This document shows, piece after piece, positions 26,481 through 36,279 of a stretch of 64,000 bases of DNA (position 1 is its first letter; every line of letters starts with the position of its first letter). The DNA comes from a virus. The position numbers and the translations under genes are program-made. The DNA is taken from the IMG/VR virus record IMGVR_UViG_3300025087_000053, positions 1-64,000 of that record, one strand, 5' to 3'. Below the pieces are notes generated by a model that saw nothing but the letters and a program-made list of their open reading frames with translations, ran no database searches and had not been told where the DNA came from.

Positions 26481-27869
26481 CGCATTCGAGATTTGAACCA
26501 TGAACTCCTTAGTTAACATGGGTTTAAATCTTCTCCTCCTGTTAAAAAGAATGAATTTGAAAAAAAGTCAACATATTTCACTTCGTGTGCTATAATTATA
26601 GTGTGCCGAAACATCATTCTACAACTTCCGAAAATAACCTCCCCACAACTATCCTCGGCCAACGCATTCGGCTGGATCTTAATAACGTCCAAACATCTTT
26701 TTTTGAACGATGCGCCGGTGCTTCCCGTTTCGTCTACAACTGGGGATTGGACCGCTGGAAAGCTCAGTACGAGGCTGGTGGAAAACCGTCGTGGGTTAGT
26801 CTTAGCTCTGAACTGAATGCCTGTAAAACTACCGAATTTCCCTGGATGATCAAGCTGCCGTGGGCTGTTCCCTCTACGGCGCTGTCCAACCTCGGCAATG
26901 CTTTCTCCAACTTCTTTCGTCGTGTTAAATCTGGCCAAAAGCCCGGTTATCCCCGTTTCAAGTCGAAGAAACGGAACAAAGCAGCCTTTGCCATCGAGGG
27001 CCGAGCCCTTCGTTTTGACGGCCGAAGAGTTAAAATTCCCAAACTCGGCTGGGTCCGCACCCGACAAGAGATAAGATTCCCCGGCAAAATCTTGTCCGCT
27101 CACTTTACGAAACATGCCGGTCATTGGTACGTCTCGATTCAAGTTCAAGTCTCCGACTCCTGGTCTTATCCTCACCGCTGCGAAACCCAAGAAACGGTTG
27201 GAGTGGACCTCGGACTTCGAGACCTTGCCGTGTTTTCCACTGGAGAACGGGTCGAGGCTCCACGCATTCTGCGTGCTCATGAAACCCGACTGCGACGACT
27301 CAACAAGGAAATGTCTCGTCGCGTCATAGGAGGAAGAAATTGGCAGAAGACTAAAACGAAGCTTAGTCGGCTGCATGAACGGATTTCCAACATCCGCAAA
27401 GACGTAACGCATAAGCTTACCGCTCGGCTGGTCCGAGACTTCCGTCGGATTGGAATCGAGGACTTGAACGTCAAGGGAATGATGGCAAATCACCATCTTA
27501 CCAAGTCGATTGCGGATGCTTCCCTGTCGGAAATTAGGCGTCAGCTCACGTATAAGGCTCCGCTTGCCGGCAGCGAAATCGTTGTTGCAGACCGCTGGTT
27601 CCCCTCTTCCAAGCTGTGTTCCGACTGCAGAACAAGACGAGAAGAGCCGTTGCCTTTGTCTGTCCGAGAATGGGTTTGCGAAGCCTGCGGGGTTGTCCAC
27701 GACCGAGACATCAACGCAGCCATTAATCTTAGAACCGCCGCCCTGGCGGGGATAGCCTGCTGTCAAGAAAGCTCTGGTTCTGGCCTTACGGCCAGAACGA
27801 AACTCTCTCATGGGCAGGAATCGAGCAGCCGTGTTAACTAAGAAGTTCATAGTTTAAGTCTCGAAGGGG
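26481..27869 (+). mobile_element. TnpB-only IS element, copy B, with 37-bp imperfect terminal inverted repeats
   Basis: 26485-26521 versus 27829-27865 match 32/37 inverted; AT at both flanks; removal restores TAAGGGGCTAGAC-ATG between clpP and the amidase. Confidence 0.9.
26603..27841 (+). CDS. tnpB: RNA-guided endonuclease TnpB
   Basis: close paralogue of copy A with intact D-E-D RuvC triad and zinc ribbon. Confidence 0.93.
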   Translation: MPKHHSTTSENNLPTTILGQRIRLDLNNVQTSFFERCAGASRFVYNWGLDRWKAQYEAGGKPSWVSLSSELNACKTTEFPWMIKLPWAVPSTALSNLGNAFSNFFRRVKSGQKPGYPRFKSKKRNKAAFAIEGRALRFDGRRVKIPKLGWVRTRQEIRFPGKILSAHFTKHAGHWYVSIQVQVSDSWSYPHRCETQETVGVDLGLRDLAVFSTGERVEAPRILRAHETRLRRLNKEMSRRVIGGRNWQKTKTKLSRLHERISNIRKDVTHKLTARLVRDFRRIGIEDLNVKGMMANHHLTKSIADASLSEIRRQLTYKAPLAGSEIVVADRWFPSSKLCSDCRTRREEPLPLSVREWVCEACGVVHDRDINAAINLRTAALAGIACCQESSGSGLTARTKLSHGQESSSRVN

Positions 27870-27881
27870 ATGTCTAGCCCC

Positions 27882-28580
27882 TTAAATAATCTCGTCGATT
27901 ATCCCATACTCAAGAGCTTTTTGTGCAGAGAAGTAGTGGTTTCTCACCTTAAGAAACTTTTTTAAGTCTCTCTCGGTAAGCTTTGAATTTTCCAGAAGAA
28001 TTCTGCAATAGGTATCTTGCAAAACAGTAATTTCTGCAGAATGTTCTTTCATTGCCGGGTATGAACCTTCAAAAGAGGCGATTACATTATGAATCATAAA
28101 TCTACAGTTTTCAGTAGCTCTTCTCTTTGTACCGCCAATTAAAAGTATTGTAGCAGCAGATTGACATGTGCCAATAGCAGTAGTGATTATTTCAAATCCC
28201 TGTCTCTTTATGATCTGCATCATGTCATAAACACCCAAAGTTCCCTCCACTATCCCACCCGTAGAAGAAACTAAAATCTCAAAAGGCTCTTTTACTACTT
28301 CTTCTTCTCCGGTTTCTTCGTTTTTGTAAAGATATAGACCTTTTGCTGCGAGGGAAAGCATTTGAAACGTTGCGCTAGCACAAACGTCTTCTGTTATCTG
28401 TCCGTATACACCAACAACTCTTAAAGGATTAGAGTCTTCCGGAGAAACAAAAAGTCCCTTATCCTCATCATCCTCGCCCTGCTCACAATGGTCGCATAGC
28501 TTAGTATAAACCTTTTTATTTACTTCGCATACACTACGAAGTTTATTTGAATTTTTCATGAATTCTCCGGGTTCGGTCAT
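27882..28580 (-). CDS. clpP: ClpP-like protease
   Basis: SSTGG, GTCQSAAT (catalytic Ser), RFMIH, FSAQKALEYGIIDEI. Confidence 0.85.
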   Translation of the reverse strand: MTEPGEFMKNSNKLRSVCEVNKKVYTKLCDHCEQGEDDEDKGLFVSPEDSNPLRVVGVYGQITEDVCASATFQMLSLAAKGLYLYKNEETGEEEVVKEPFEILVSSTGGIVEGTLGVYDMMQIIKRQGFEIITTAIGTCQSAATILLIGGTKRRATENCRFMIHNVIASFEGSYPAMKEHSAEITVLQDTYCRILLENSKLTERDLKKFLKVRNHYFSAQKALEYGIIDEII

Positions 28581-28606
28581 ACAGACCGAAGGGGTTATTT
28601 TTTATT

Positions 28607-29305
28607 TCACTTAGTCTTGGAAGATTTGCGAGACTTCGCTTCTTTGACGGCAGAACGAAGCTTTGAAACCACTCTGCGATAAACCTCGTTAATAACCTCT
28701 TCGGAAACCTCTCCTTCAGTAACAGGAGCGTCTTCTTCGGTCACAACTTCGGCGCCAGCAGCAGCAGGAGGTGCTTCGGCTTCTTTAATCTTGCCCTTTT
28801 GAACCATTTTGCCTTTGCCAAGCTTTTCTTGCATCACAGGAGGCTCTTCCTCTTCTTCCGCTTCGGGAGCCGGGGGCAGGCCACCTTCGCCACCTTCGGG
28901 AGCCGGGGGAGGCATCTCGCCGCCTTCGCCACCTTCCATTTCGCCACCTGCGCCACCGTCTACTTGGACATTAACATTCGCTCCAGACTTAGCAGAAATA
29001 ACGTCTGCGATGTCTTGGATTAGTTCTGCTACGGCCTCTTCGGGCAGACCAGCAAGAGCGCTGTCTTCTACAGGAGCGCCTTCCTCGGGCGGCATATCGG
29101 AGGGCATGTCACCTGCGGGAGCGGGCGGAGGAGGCTCGGCACCGGCATCAACTGGGGGCATATCGCCACCTTCGGGCGCGCCTTCCTCGTCCTCTTCGTC
29201 CTCTTCTTTCAGACGAGCCAGAAAGCCTTCAGTCAGTTTCTCTTGACCAGCCAGACGCATGAATCTAATAGTTTCATCTCTTTCCAAAAGTAGCTTTTTA
29301 GCCAT
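28607..29305 (-). CDS. acidic Pro/Gly/Glu-rich protein, possibly virion/scaffold-associated
   Basis: low-complexity core; ACTATTTA late-type motif upstream (29355-29363). Confidence 0.6.
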   Translation of the reverse strand: MAKKLLLERDETIRFMRLAGQEKLTEGFLARLKEEDEEDEEGAPEGGDMPPVDAGAEPPPPAPAGDMPSDMPPEEGAPVEDSALAGLPEEAVAELIQDIADVISAKSGANVNVQVDGGAGGEMEGGEGGEMPPPAPEGGEGGLPPAPEAEEEEEPPVMQEKLGKGKMVQKGKIKEAEAPPAAAGAEVVTEEDAPVTEGEVSEEVINEVYRRVVSKLRSAVKEAKSRKSSKTK

Positions 29306-29364
29306 TTTTCAATCTCCTTGATAACAATTCTTACGCCACTCGGCGGTTTCATTATTAAATAGTA

Positions 29365-29661
29365 TCAAAATTGACGAAACTCTTTGAAATCTCGTTTTTT
29401 TCTTAATTTTAAGTACGACCTATCCAAAATCCTAGATATTGCAGTATAATGAATTCCTAATCTTTTTGATATCTGTTGCAAAGTCATAGGCCCGTTTTCA
29501 TTTATCGAAAAATAAGTACAGTTATATTCTTCTGGAAATTCTATCCACATCCTACAACTTTCAGAAGAACACGGACACTCTTCGGAATGACACTTTTGTA
29601 CACATTCTGGTAAATCCCTTAAATTATTGATCTTTTTCCTCGTCTGCATCATCATTTTCAT
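29365..29661 (-). CDS. Cys-rich protein with sigma region-4-like HTH
   Basis: GPMTLQQISKRLGIHYTAISRILDRSYLKL. Confidence 0.6.
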   Translation of the reverse strand: MKMMMQTRKKINNLRDLPECVQKCHSEECPCSSESCRMWIEFPEEYNCTYFSINENGPMTLQQISKRLGIHYTAISRILDRSYLKLRKKRDFKEFRQF

Positions 29662-30316
29662 CCGCCTTTTCTAAGTCTTCTAAAGTCAAAGAAGCAACCT
29701 CTTCGTCCTCTTCGAAGTCTTTTAGTAATTCATCAAAATTTAAATAATCTTCTACTTTATCTTCATAAACAGTAGGAAAAGAATCGTCCACTTCGTCTTC
29801 TTGCTGTATGTTTCCAACCAAATAATTGACTACCTCTTTTCTTTTTTCCAGTTGTTCTTCTATTTCCTTTAATTTTCTTTCGTTTGGATAAAACACGTCT
29901 GGGTGTCTGTAATTATAAATCTTACGAAAAGGGTTTTTATTTTTAGTAAGAACACCCTTTCTAATAGAAGGCAAATCAAAGAAGTTCCCTCTTCTCGTAT
30001 AGCTCTGACTATATTTCTTTGTAGCGTAATCTCTTAGAAACTTAATAAACTCAATGTCTTCTTCTATAATTAAGTCCATCACCGTAAGCCAAACCCAATT
30101 ATGAGACAAGTCTAATCTGTCAAGAGAAAGAAAAAACCTTACAAACTTCTGAAAGGAAACGGCTATTCCCGGAACTCTTGTATCCATATACATGAAATCG
30201 TCATGTATAAAGTTGTTAGGGTCTCTTTCTTTTTCTCTTCGAGAATAATAAGCGTTGGAACTTTCTTTTCTGCGTCTTATTACCTCATCGACAAATAATT
30301 GATATCTTTTGGGCAT
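29624..30316 (-). CDS. hypothetical protein with acidic tail
   Basis: 230 aa ORF. Confidence 0.6.
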   Translation of the reverse strand: MPKRYQLFVDEVIRRRKESSNAYYSRREKERDPNNFIHDDFMYMDTRVPGIAVSFQKFVRFFLSLDRLDLSHNWVWLTVMDLIIEEDIEFIKFLRDYATKKYSQSYTRRGNFFDLPSIRKGVLTKNKNPFRKIYNYRHPDVFYPNERKLKEIEEQLEKRKEVVNYLVGNIQQEDEVDDSFPTVYEDKVEDYLNFDELLKDFEEDEEVASLTLEDLEKADENDDADEEKDQ

Positions 30317-30318
30317 AG

Positions 30319-32400
30319 TTATAGCTTTCTAAATGCTTCATTTATCTTCTTGTTCGTAGAAAAACCCCACTTCTCATCTTTGGTAACGACGCCAACATAA
30401 GCTGAGTTTTCAACAAGAGGATAATAGTCTTTCACATTCCAGCACTTAATTTTGTTCTCTTCACCCGTATTATCAACCACCGTAAGAACAGCATAATCTT
30501 TCTTGTTTGCTAAGGTTTGCTTAAACTCTACGCTCTTTAATACAAACCAAACATATTTGCCCACTTCCCATTCGCTCACCGGAACGGCGCCAAGAGACTT
30601 TAAAGCTTTTACGTCTTTAGGTGAAACAATTTGGTCAACAGGATAAACTCCTGTTAACTGAGAGCGATAAATAAGTCTTTCTTTTTCCGCGAAGGAGCCT
30701 TCTGGAGAATACAATTTAATATTTTCTTCAAAGTCTTCTTGGTCTTTAGGACGAATAACCGCCACACATGACCAGAAATGCTTGTCGCCAGTAAACCTTT
30801 CGTCCATAAGACTATCTAATGCGCCGCTTCTTGTCAAGACATCTAGATACTTTTTATTTAGCTTCTTGCCCCAAATGTCTTCTTTAAAAAGCACATCTTC
30901 AATCTTATTGTAGGGACGACAATAGGAGATTTGTTCTACAGCGGTCTTGCCCATCCCCAGCAAAGAGAACAGAGGTTGAATAAGTTCTTTTTTGTTGTCT
31001 GGAGACACATCCCAATCATATAAAGAGGACTTATTTATGTCCACAGAAGCCATAGTGAACCCAATAGATTTAGCATCAGATATCGCTTTTGCTTTTGTTT
31101 TTTCTGGCTCGCTGTTGAGGAAGGCGGCAACCCATTCGCTTTGATAATAAGTAAAAAGCCAAGCACACTGATAAGAAAGGATGGAATATCCGCAACTGTG
31201 GGACAAATTAAATCCATAATTGTTGAATAATTCCAAGGACTTCCATAATTCTTCTAAAGCATTACCTTCAATCCCCTTTTCAAGACCACCCTCGACAAAC
31301 TTCTTATAAATCTTCTCTTTCTTTTCTGCGTTGTTCCCTATGAGACCCTTTTTTGTCAAGAGTTTTCTAAGAGAGTTTCCTTCCATTAGAGAAACGTCTT
31401 TCCCTATTGCAACAGCCAACTTAGCAATTTGCTCTTGATAAATAACAAAGCCATAGGTACTTTTTAAAACAGGCTCCACACAAGGATGAAGGTAGGTAAC
31501 GGTTTCTGGATGCCTTTTCGCTTTTAAATACTTCTTGTCTATGTTCGAACCCAGAGGTCCCGGCCGATATATCGAAGTTACAGCAGACAAATCCTCAATA
31601 GATGTGGGTTTAACTTTCACGCAAAAGGATTGCGCGCCGTCGTTAGAAAATTGGAAAATACCTAAATTTAAATTCTTCTTCTTGTGGAAAACAGTTTCCC
31701 ATACTTTCTGATCGTCGAAGTTGATTACGTCGGGGTGCAAGTTTCTATTATAAAACTCTATAATTTCTTTTATCCCACAAGAGAGTTTTCTTTTGTGAAG
31801 AATATGTTTGATAGTATCTTCTATAATTGTTAAAGTTTGCAATCCTAAAATATCAAATTTAATAAACCCCAAAGGTTCTAGATGCCGTACCGCTTGCCCT
31901 TCAGACCAAGGACTTTGGAAAGAACCCTTGGCGCTAATAAGAGGCATTTTTTCATGTAAGTTATCAGACCAAACAAGTCCCGCCGCATGTTGTCCAATAG
32001 ACTTCACCATGCCTTGTAAATTTTCTATGTGAGATGCTACAGAGGGATATTTTCTTAAAAAGGCTTGGAAAGAAGGACTATATGCCTTAACTTCTTCATA
32101 AGTAGGTTCGTAAACTCCGGCAACTTGCTCATGATCCTGTTTGGCTTTTGGTAAAGCCTCGTCGACCATTTTTGTTGTTACTTCATTAACTTCTTGAAAA
32201 GATACATTATAAAATTTTGATATGTCCTTAACAAGAGACTTCAAGTGAAATGTGCCATAGTTTGAAATAAGAGTTGCGCTCTTTTCTCCCCACTCTTCAA
32301 TAAGAAAAGTCTTAAACTCTGCTGCACGAGAAAAATCGCAGTTGTGAACAATAACAGTCTTATAACTCTCTTTAAAAGAGTGATGTTTAATGATTTCCAT
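30319..32400 (-). CDS. dnaE: DNA polymerase III alpha, C-terminal half preceded by a 20-aa C-intein
   Basis: MEIIK...VIVHN|CDF; HAAG, KFDILGL, GIFQF, SIYRPGP, YQEQ and YGFNLSH motifs; own GAGG SD. Confidence 0.9.
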   Translation of the reverse strand: MEIIKHHSFKESYKTVIVHNCDFSRAAEFKTFLIEEWGEKSATLISNYGTFHLKSLVKDISKFYNVSFQEVNEVTTKMVDEALPKAKQDHEQVAGVYEPTYEEVKAYSPSFQAFLRKYPSVASHIENLQGMVKSIGQHAAGLVWSDNLHEKMPLISAKGSFQSPWSEGQAVRHLEPLGFIKFDILGLQTLTIIEDTIKHILHKRKLSCGIKEIIEFYNRNLHPDVINFDDQKVWETVFHKKKNLNLGIFQFSNDGAQSFCVKVKPTSIEDLSAVTSIYRPGPLGSNIDKKYLKAKRHPETVTYLHPCVEPVLKSTYGFVIYQEQIAKLAVAIGKDVSLMEGNSLRKLLTKKGLIGNNAEKKEKIYKKFVEGGLEKGIEGNALEELWKSLELFNNYGFNLSHSCGYSILSYQCAWLFTYYQSEWVAAFLNSEPEKTKAKAISDAKSIGFTMASVDINKSSLYDWDVSPDNKKELIQPLFSLLGMGKTAVEQISYCRPYNKIEDVLFKEDIWGKKLNKKYLDVLTRSGALDSLMDERFTGDKHFWSCVAVIRPKDQEDFEENIKLYSPEGSFAEKERLIYRSQLTGVYPVDQIVSPKDVKALKSLGAVPVSEWEVGKYVWFVLKSVEFKQTLANKKDYAVLTVVDNTGEENKIKCWNVKDYYPLVENSAYVGVVTKDEKWGFSTNKKINEAFRKL

Positions 32401-34267
32401 GTTTCCTCTTGTTGTCTATCTCAAGTACAAATCTCTTTCTTTCTTCGGTAATAGTATTAAAAACTTCTATTACATCCAATGGAACTATTTGAAAACTTTT
32501 TGTTTCTCCCAATAAAGAAATGTCGGTTAAAGCTATTCTTTCTTTTTTTTGTTTTGACATCTTTTCTATTTCCAGCACCACTACTTCCCCGCCAATAGAT
32601 TTCAAAGAATCACCAATTTTTAATTCTTTTGTCTTAGTAACCCTGTCACTTGAAAGAATAAACTTGTGCGTTTCGCCCGCAATAATAATACCCAAAATAT
32701 CTTCTTCTACTTGTTGTACTACTATTGAAAATACTTTTTCTTTCGGCCGCACATTTCTACTAAAAACAGCAGAAACCACGGAGTTCTCTCCAAACTCGTT
32801 TATAACAACATCTCCTATTAGAACATCTCGAAGTTTTTTATATCCCCCAGAAACTCGTACTTCGTGCCCGCTCCAAAGACAATCTATGTCGGGACTCGAA
32901 CCTTCGGATAAAAATCTTTCAAACAAAAGACCATATTTAATAGGGTCGACATGTGTTATGTTCAACACATACGCAATTAAAGAACCTCCAGCAGAGCCCC
33001 GCCCTGGTCCAGTCAGACAAAAATTCCTGCTTTTGTCTATTATCTTTTTCATTGCCAGAAAATATTTACAATATCCTCGGTCTTTTACAACCCTAAGCTC
33101 ATGTTTCAGTCTGTCTACATATTCTTTCTTTTCATACAGCCCCTTGGCCTTTAGACCAGCCACTGCCCTCCTTGCTAAAGCCCCTTCTTCAGTTTGGCCA
33201 GTGGGGACAACAGAGGAAGGTAGTTTATAGCTTCTGTCCATATCGACATTCTCTATCCTGTTCATAGCAATGTCATATGTGTTATCGAGACTCTTTTCTA
33301 TCGTGTCATCTTCATAAAAAGAATTATGTTTAAGAGAATATTTTTTATAATCTCTCCACATTTCTTCTGCAGATTTTGGATACAACTCATAACCGATTTC
33401 TTCTACGGTTTCTGGTAGCTTTGCCTGCTCGCTGTCTTTAGAGTTTAACCAACCCAACTTCTTGTAAAGAAATCTATCTTTCCACAACTCGGGCCTTGGG
33501 TAGTGTGCGTCAGCAGTAGAAACCAGCTTAAACCCCATCTCAACTGAAAGCTGTATTATTAGTTGGTTTAAATCATGCTGTTCAACAAAGTCATTCCACT
33601 GTAATTCTCCGTACCATCTATCTTCAAAGATATCCAACATAGCTTGCGTTGTCTTGCGCATCTCTAAAAGAATATAGTCTGTTCCCTTTTCGTAATTATC
33701 AAAAAAGTTAGAAGAATAAACTCCGCCCACACAAGCACTTGTTGCAATAATGCCTTTGTTATATGAACGAAGCATATCGTAATCTATTCTGGGGTATCTA
33801 TAGAAGTTTTCTCTCTTGTAGGAGTTGTAGACGAGTTGAAATAGATTTTTAAGCCCGTCTTGATTTTGAGCCAAAAGAAGTATATGGCTTCTTTTATTAA
33901 TTTCTGTCTTCTTTGTCCTTGAAAACCTCTTTAGATCGTCTTCAATAACCGTTGCGTTTATCTCTTCTTCTTTCTTCTTTTTTAATTCTTTGTTCTCTTT
34001 GGCCGTTTCGTATGCCGTTCTCCACTTCTTAAAAGAAGGAATAATATACGCCTCAATTCCATATATTGGTTTTACTATCTTCCCCTCTTTTTTCATTTCT
34101 TCTGCGGCAAATAGTTGGTAGGCCATGGAGTTCATGTTACCATGGTTCGTGATGGCGAGGGCTTCACCCCCCGTCTCGTGGACTCTTTCCATAAATTGTT
34201 TGGGATAACCGAATCCGTCAAACACCGAGAACGTATCGTGGCAATGAAGATTTACAAATTTTACCAT
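32387..34267 (-). CDS. dnaE: DNA polymerase III alpha, N-terminal half (PHP plus palm) followed by a 164-aa N-intein
   Basis: VNLHCH, ITNHG, TADAHY, GPGRGSAGGSL, LLFERFL, PDID|CLWSGH. Confidence 0.9.
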   Translation of the reverse strand: MVKFVNLHCHDTFSVFDGFGYPKQFMERVHETGGEALAITNHGNMNSMAYQLFAAEEMKKEGKIVKPIYGIEAYIIPSFKKWRTAYETAKENKELKKKKEEEINATVIEDDLKRFSRTKKTEINKRSHILLLAQNQDGLKNLFQLVYNSYKRENFYRYPRIDYDMLRSYNKGIIATSACVGGVYSSNFFDNYEKGTDYILLEMRKTTQAMLDIFEDRWYGELQWNDFVEQHDLNQLIIQLSVEMGFKLVSTADAHYPRPELWKDRFLYKKLGWLNSKDSEQAKLPETVEEIGYELYPKSAEEMWRDYKKYSLKHNSFYEDDTIEKSLDNTYDIAMNRIENVDMDRSYKLPSSVVPTGQTEEGALARRAVAGLKAKGLYEKKEYVDRLKHELRVVKDRGYCKYFLAMKKIIDKSRNFCLTGPGRGSAGGSLIAYVLNITHVDPIKYGLLFERFLSEGSSPDIDCLWSGHEVRVSGGYKKLRDVLIGDVVINEFGENSVVSAVFSRNVRPKEKVFSIVVQQVEEDILGIIIAGETHKFILSSDRVTKTKELKIGDSLKSIGGEVVVLEIEKMSKQKKERIALTDISLLGETKSFQIVPLDVIEVFNTITEERKRFVLEIDNKRKHGNH

Positions 34268-34269
34268 GT

Positions 34270-35295
34270 TTATTTTTTACCTAAAAACTCCATCGCCTGA
34301 AGGGTTTGACGAGGAATGAATTCTTTTTTAGAAAGGAACTCTTCTCGCTCGGGGAACTCTTTTGTTTCTAGCAAGAAGCTTCTATATCCTTCCCACAGAG
34401 TAATATCATAGGACCAAGTGGGAGTCAAGAAAATATCATCTTCCTGTCGCGCAATATTCTCAAATACCTCTTTAAACTGTATCTTCTTATAGAAGTTTTC
34501 TTTAAGGGCTTTTTCAAGAGACTCGTACTCTTTTTTTTTCTTATTGACAGAAGAGTAATATGCCTTAACAAACTCAACAAACCTGTTGTATCTTATTATA
34601 AAAGGGCACAACTCTCCGTCTAAAATTGTTTTCCCATCTCTCTCAAAGAAGATATTACCACCTTCCCAGCTCATAGCTGTTTTTCTTACTTCGTTCAAAA
34701 AGTCTAAATCGGTTGCAGAATAAGGAAACATTACAAGATATTTATCCGGCAAAGCATATGCTGATATTGTTTCAAACATCTTTGTTGTCAATATCATCGC
34801 TTTTAAAGTAGACCACAACAGAGTATTAACTCCTTCCTCTTCGAAGTCGGAGATAATATAAAAAATAGGGATTCTCTTCCTTAAAGAATTTAAGTTTGGG
34901 AACGCATGTCCTTTGCCTTCTTCTAAAAGGTTCTTGTGATAAAGATACTTGCGAGCAAAAGCAGGAGAGTACATCCAATTCCCAAGTCTATTTCGTATGG
35001 GAATATATTGTTTATTGTTTACTACAACATAAATTGAAGTTGCACCCAAAAGAGCCGCCTCATATGCTGTCCTCTCAAAAGCTAAAAGACCTTTACCGAC
35101 GGGGATATACAAATCATTCCAATAAAAAGAAGTATTTCGAAAGTCACCGCTAATCGGAATTATCGCGGTCGACGTAAAGCCCACCGGCCTCGTCACATCC
35201 CGATCCTTCTCCCTCAGATCCCGAATGGTCAGAATCTTTTTTATCTTTCCAGACATCATCTCTTTCGTATTCTTCGAAGTAAAGGTCGTTTCCAC
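34270..35295 (-). CDS. hypothetical protein, weak sugar-nucleotidyltransferase-like N-terminus
   Basis: AIIPISG...YIPVG...GATSIYVV. Confidence 0.45.
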   Translation of the reverse strand: METTFTSKNTKEMMSGKIKKILTIRDLREKDRDVTRPVGFTSTAIIPISGDFRNTSFYWNDLYIPVGKGLLAFERTAYEAALLGATSIYVVVNNKQYIPIRNRLGNWMYSPAFARKYLYHKNLLEEGKGHAFPNLNSLRKRIPIFYIISDFEEEGVNTLLWSTLKAMILTTKMFETISAYALPDKYLVMFPYSATDLDFLNEVRKTAMSWEGGNIFFERDGKTILDGELCPFIIRYNRFVEFVKAYYSSVNKKKKEYESLEKALKENFYKKIQFKEVFENIARQEDDIFLTPTWSYDITLWEGYRSFLLETKEFPEREEFLSKKEFIPRQTLQAMEFLGKK

Positions 35296-36271
35296 TTTCT
35301 GCCTTTCCTTTCCACATCTTCATCGCATCCCACAAATAAGAAGAAGCTGCATTTGTAATTGGAGTATTTTGTAAATATTTAAGCCAAGGAGGATAATAAT
35401 CTTCCTCTTTCAAAAAGAATTGTATTCTCTTCTCTGGATCGTAATAAACGTTGGGGTCTTCTATGTATTCTTCTCTTCTAACCATATCCAAATAAATCGG
35501 ATAATAAGAGACTTCGGGCTGTTTCTCTTTTGATCTCCACATCCGCTTTCTCCCAACTAACCCAAGAGTGTTTTTAATAAAAAAGCTAAGATATTCCAAC
35601 ACTTCTCCTTGGGAATATCTTCGCAATTCTTCTCCCTGTATGTCTTTAAGCTTAAGACGAGACACAGAAATAATATTTGTGTAAGGCTTGCTAAACGCCT
35701 GAGAAAGCTTCTTAAGAACAGGAGTCTTGCCAAGACCAACTAAAGGAAAATGTATAATTGAACAAAGTTTCTCTTCTCTTTTAAAAAATCTCTGCTGTCC
35801 AAAATGGCACTTCCAGTCTCCCTGTATGTCTATCATATTAGCCCAGTCAAAATAATAAACATTAACGTCTTCTGGATTTCTTTCTCCTGTTTTGTATTTC
35901 GATAATCCTTCCACGTTATGTGTGTCATAAACAAGCAACTTCTTGTATTGATAAGAATATTCTCGCCCGCCATATATTATATGGACAAGCCGTTTCTCTC
36001 CATCCACAACGATTTTATCTGCTGCGCTATCGTTCAGCATAGCTCCGTTAAACAGAGAAGTATAAAAAACATTCTCTCTAAACCACTTAAGTCTACTGAC
36101 TTCCCACGGAAGAGGATCTATTTTTCTTGTATACGCAATCCCAGGTCTTTTCAACGCAAGGGAAGCACACAGCATAGAAGGAAAATTGCAGCCTATTACA
36201 ATAGTTGCAAACGTTCTGTAGGCTTTAGCGCGAGGAAGTCTTCTGGGCCTTGAGTAGAAAAAGAACTTCAT
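35150..36271 (-). CDS. hypothetical protein
   Basis: 373 aa ORF. Confidence 0.55.
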   Translation of the reverse strand: MKFFFYSRPRRLPRAKAYRTFATIVIGCNFPSMLCASLALKRPGIAYTRKIDPLPWEVSRLKWFRENVFYTSLFNGAMLNDSAADKIVVDGEKRLVHIIYGGREYSYQYKKLLVYDTHNVEGLSKYKTGERNPEDVNVYYFDWANMIDIQGDWKCHFGQQRFFKREEKLCSIIHFPLVGLGKTPVLKKLSQAFSKPYTNIISVSRLKLKDIQGEELRRYSQGEVLEYLSFFIKNTLGLVGRKRMWRSKEKQPEVSYYPIYLDMVRREEYIEDPNVYYDPEKRIQFFLKEEDYYPPWLKYLQNTPITNAASSYLWDAMKMWKGKAESGNDLYFEEYERDDVWKDKKDSDHSGSEGEGSGCDEAGGLYVDRDNSD

Positions 36272-36279
36272 CGATCATT

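Noticed and set aside
15349-27841. Nuclease-dead TnpB repressors (TldR-like)
   Set aside because: Both copies keep the D-E-D RuvC residues
26481-27869. IStron (group I intron-IS hybrid)
   Set aside because: No room or conserved core for a group I ribozyme; the elements are mostly antisense to, and outside, coding sequences
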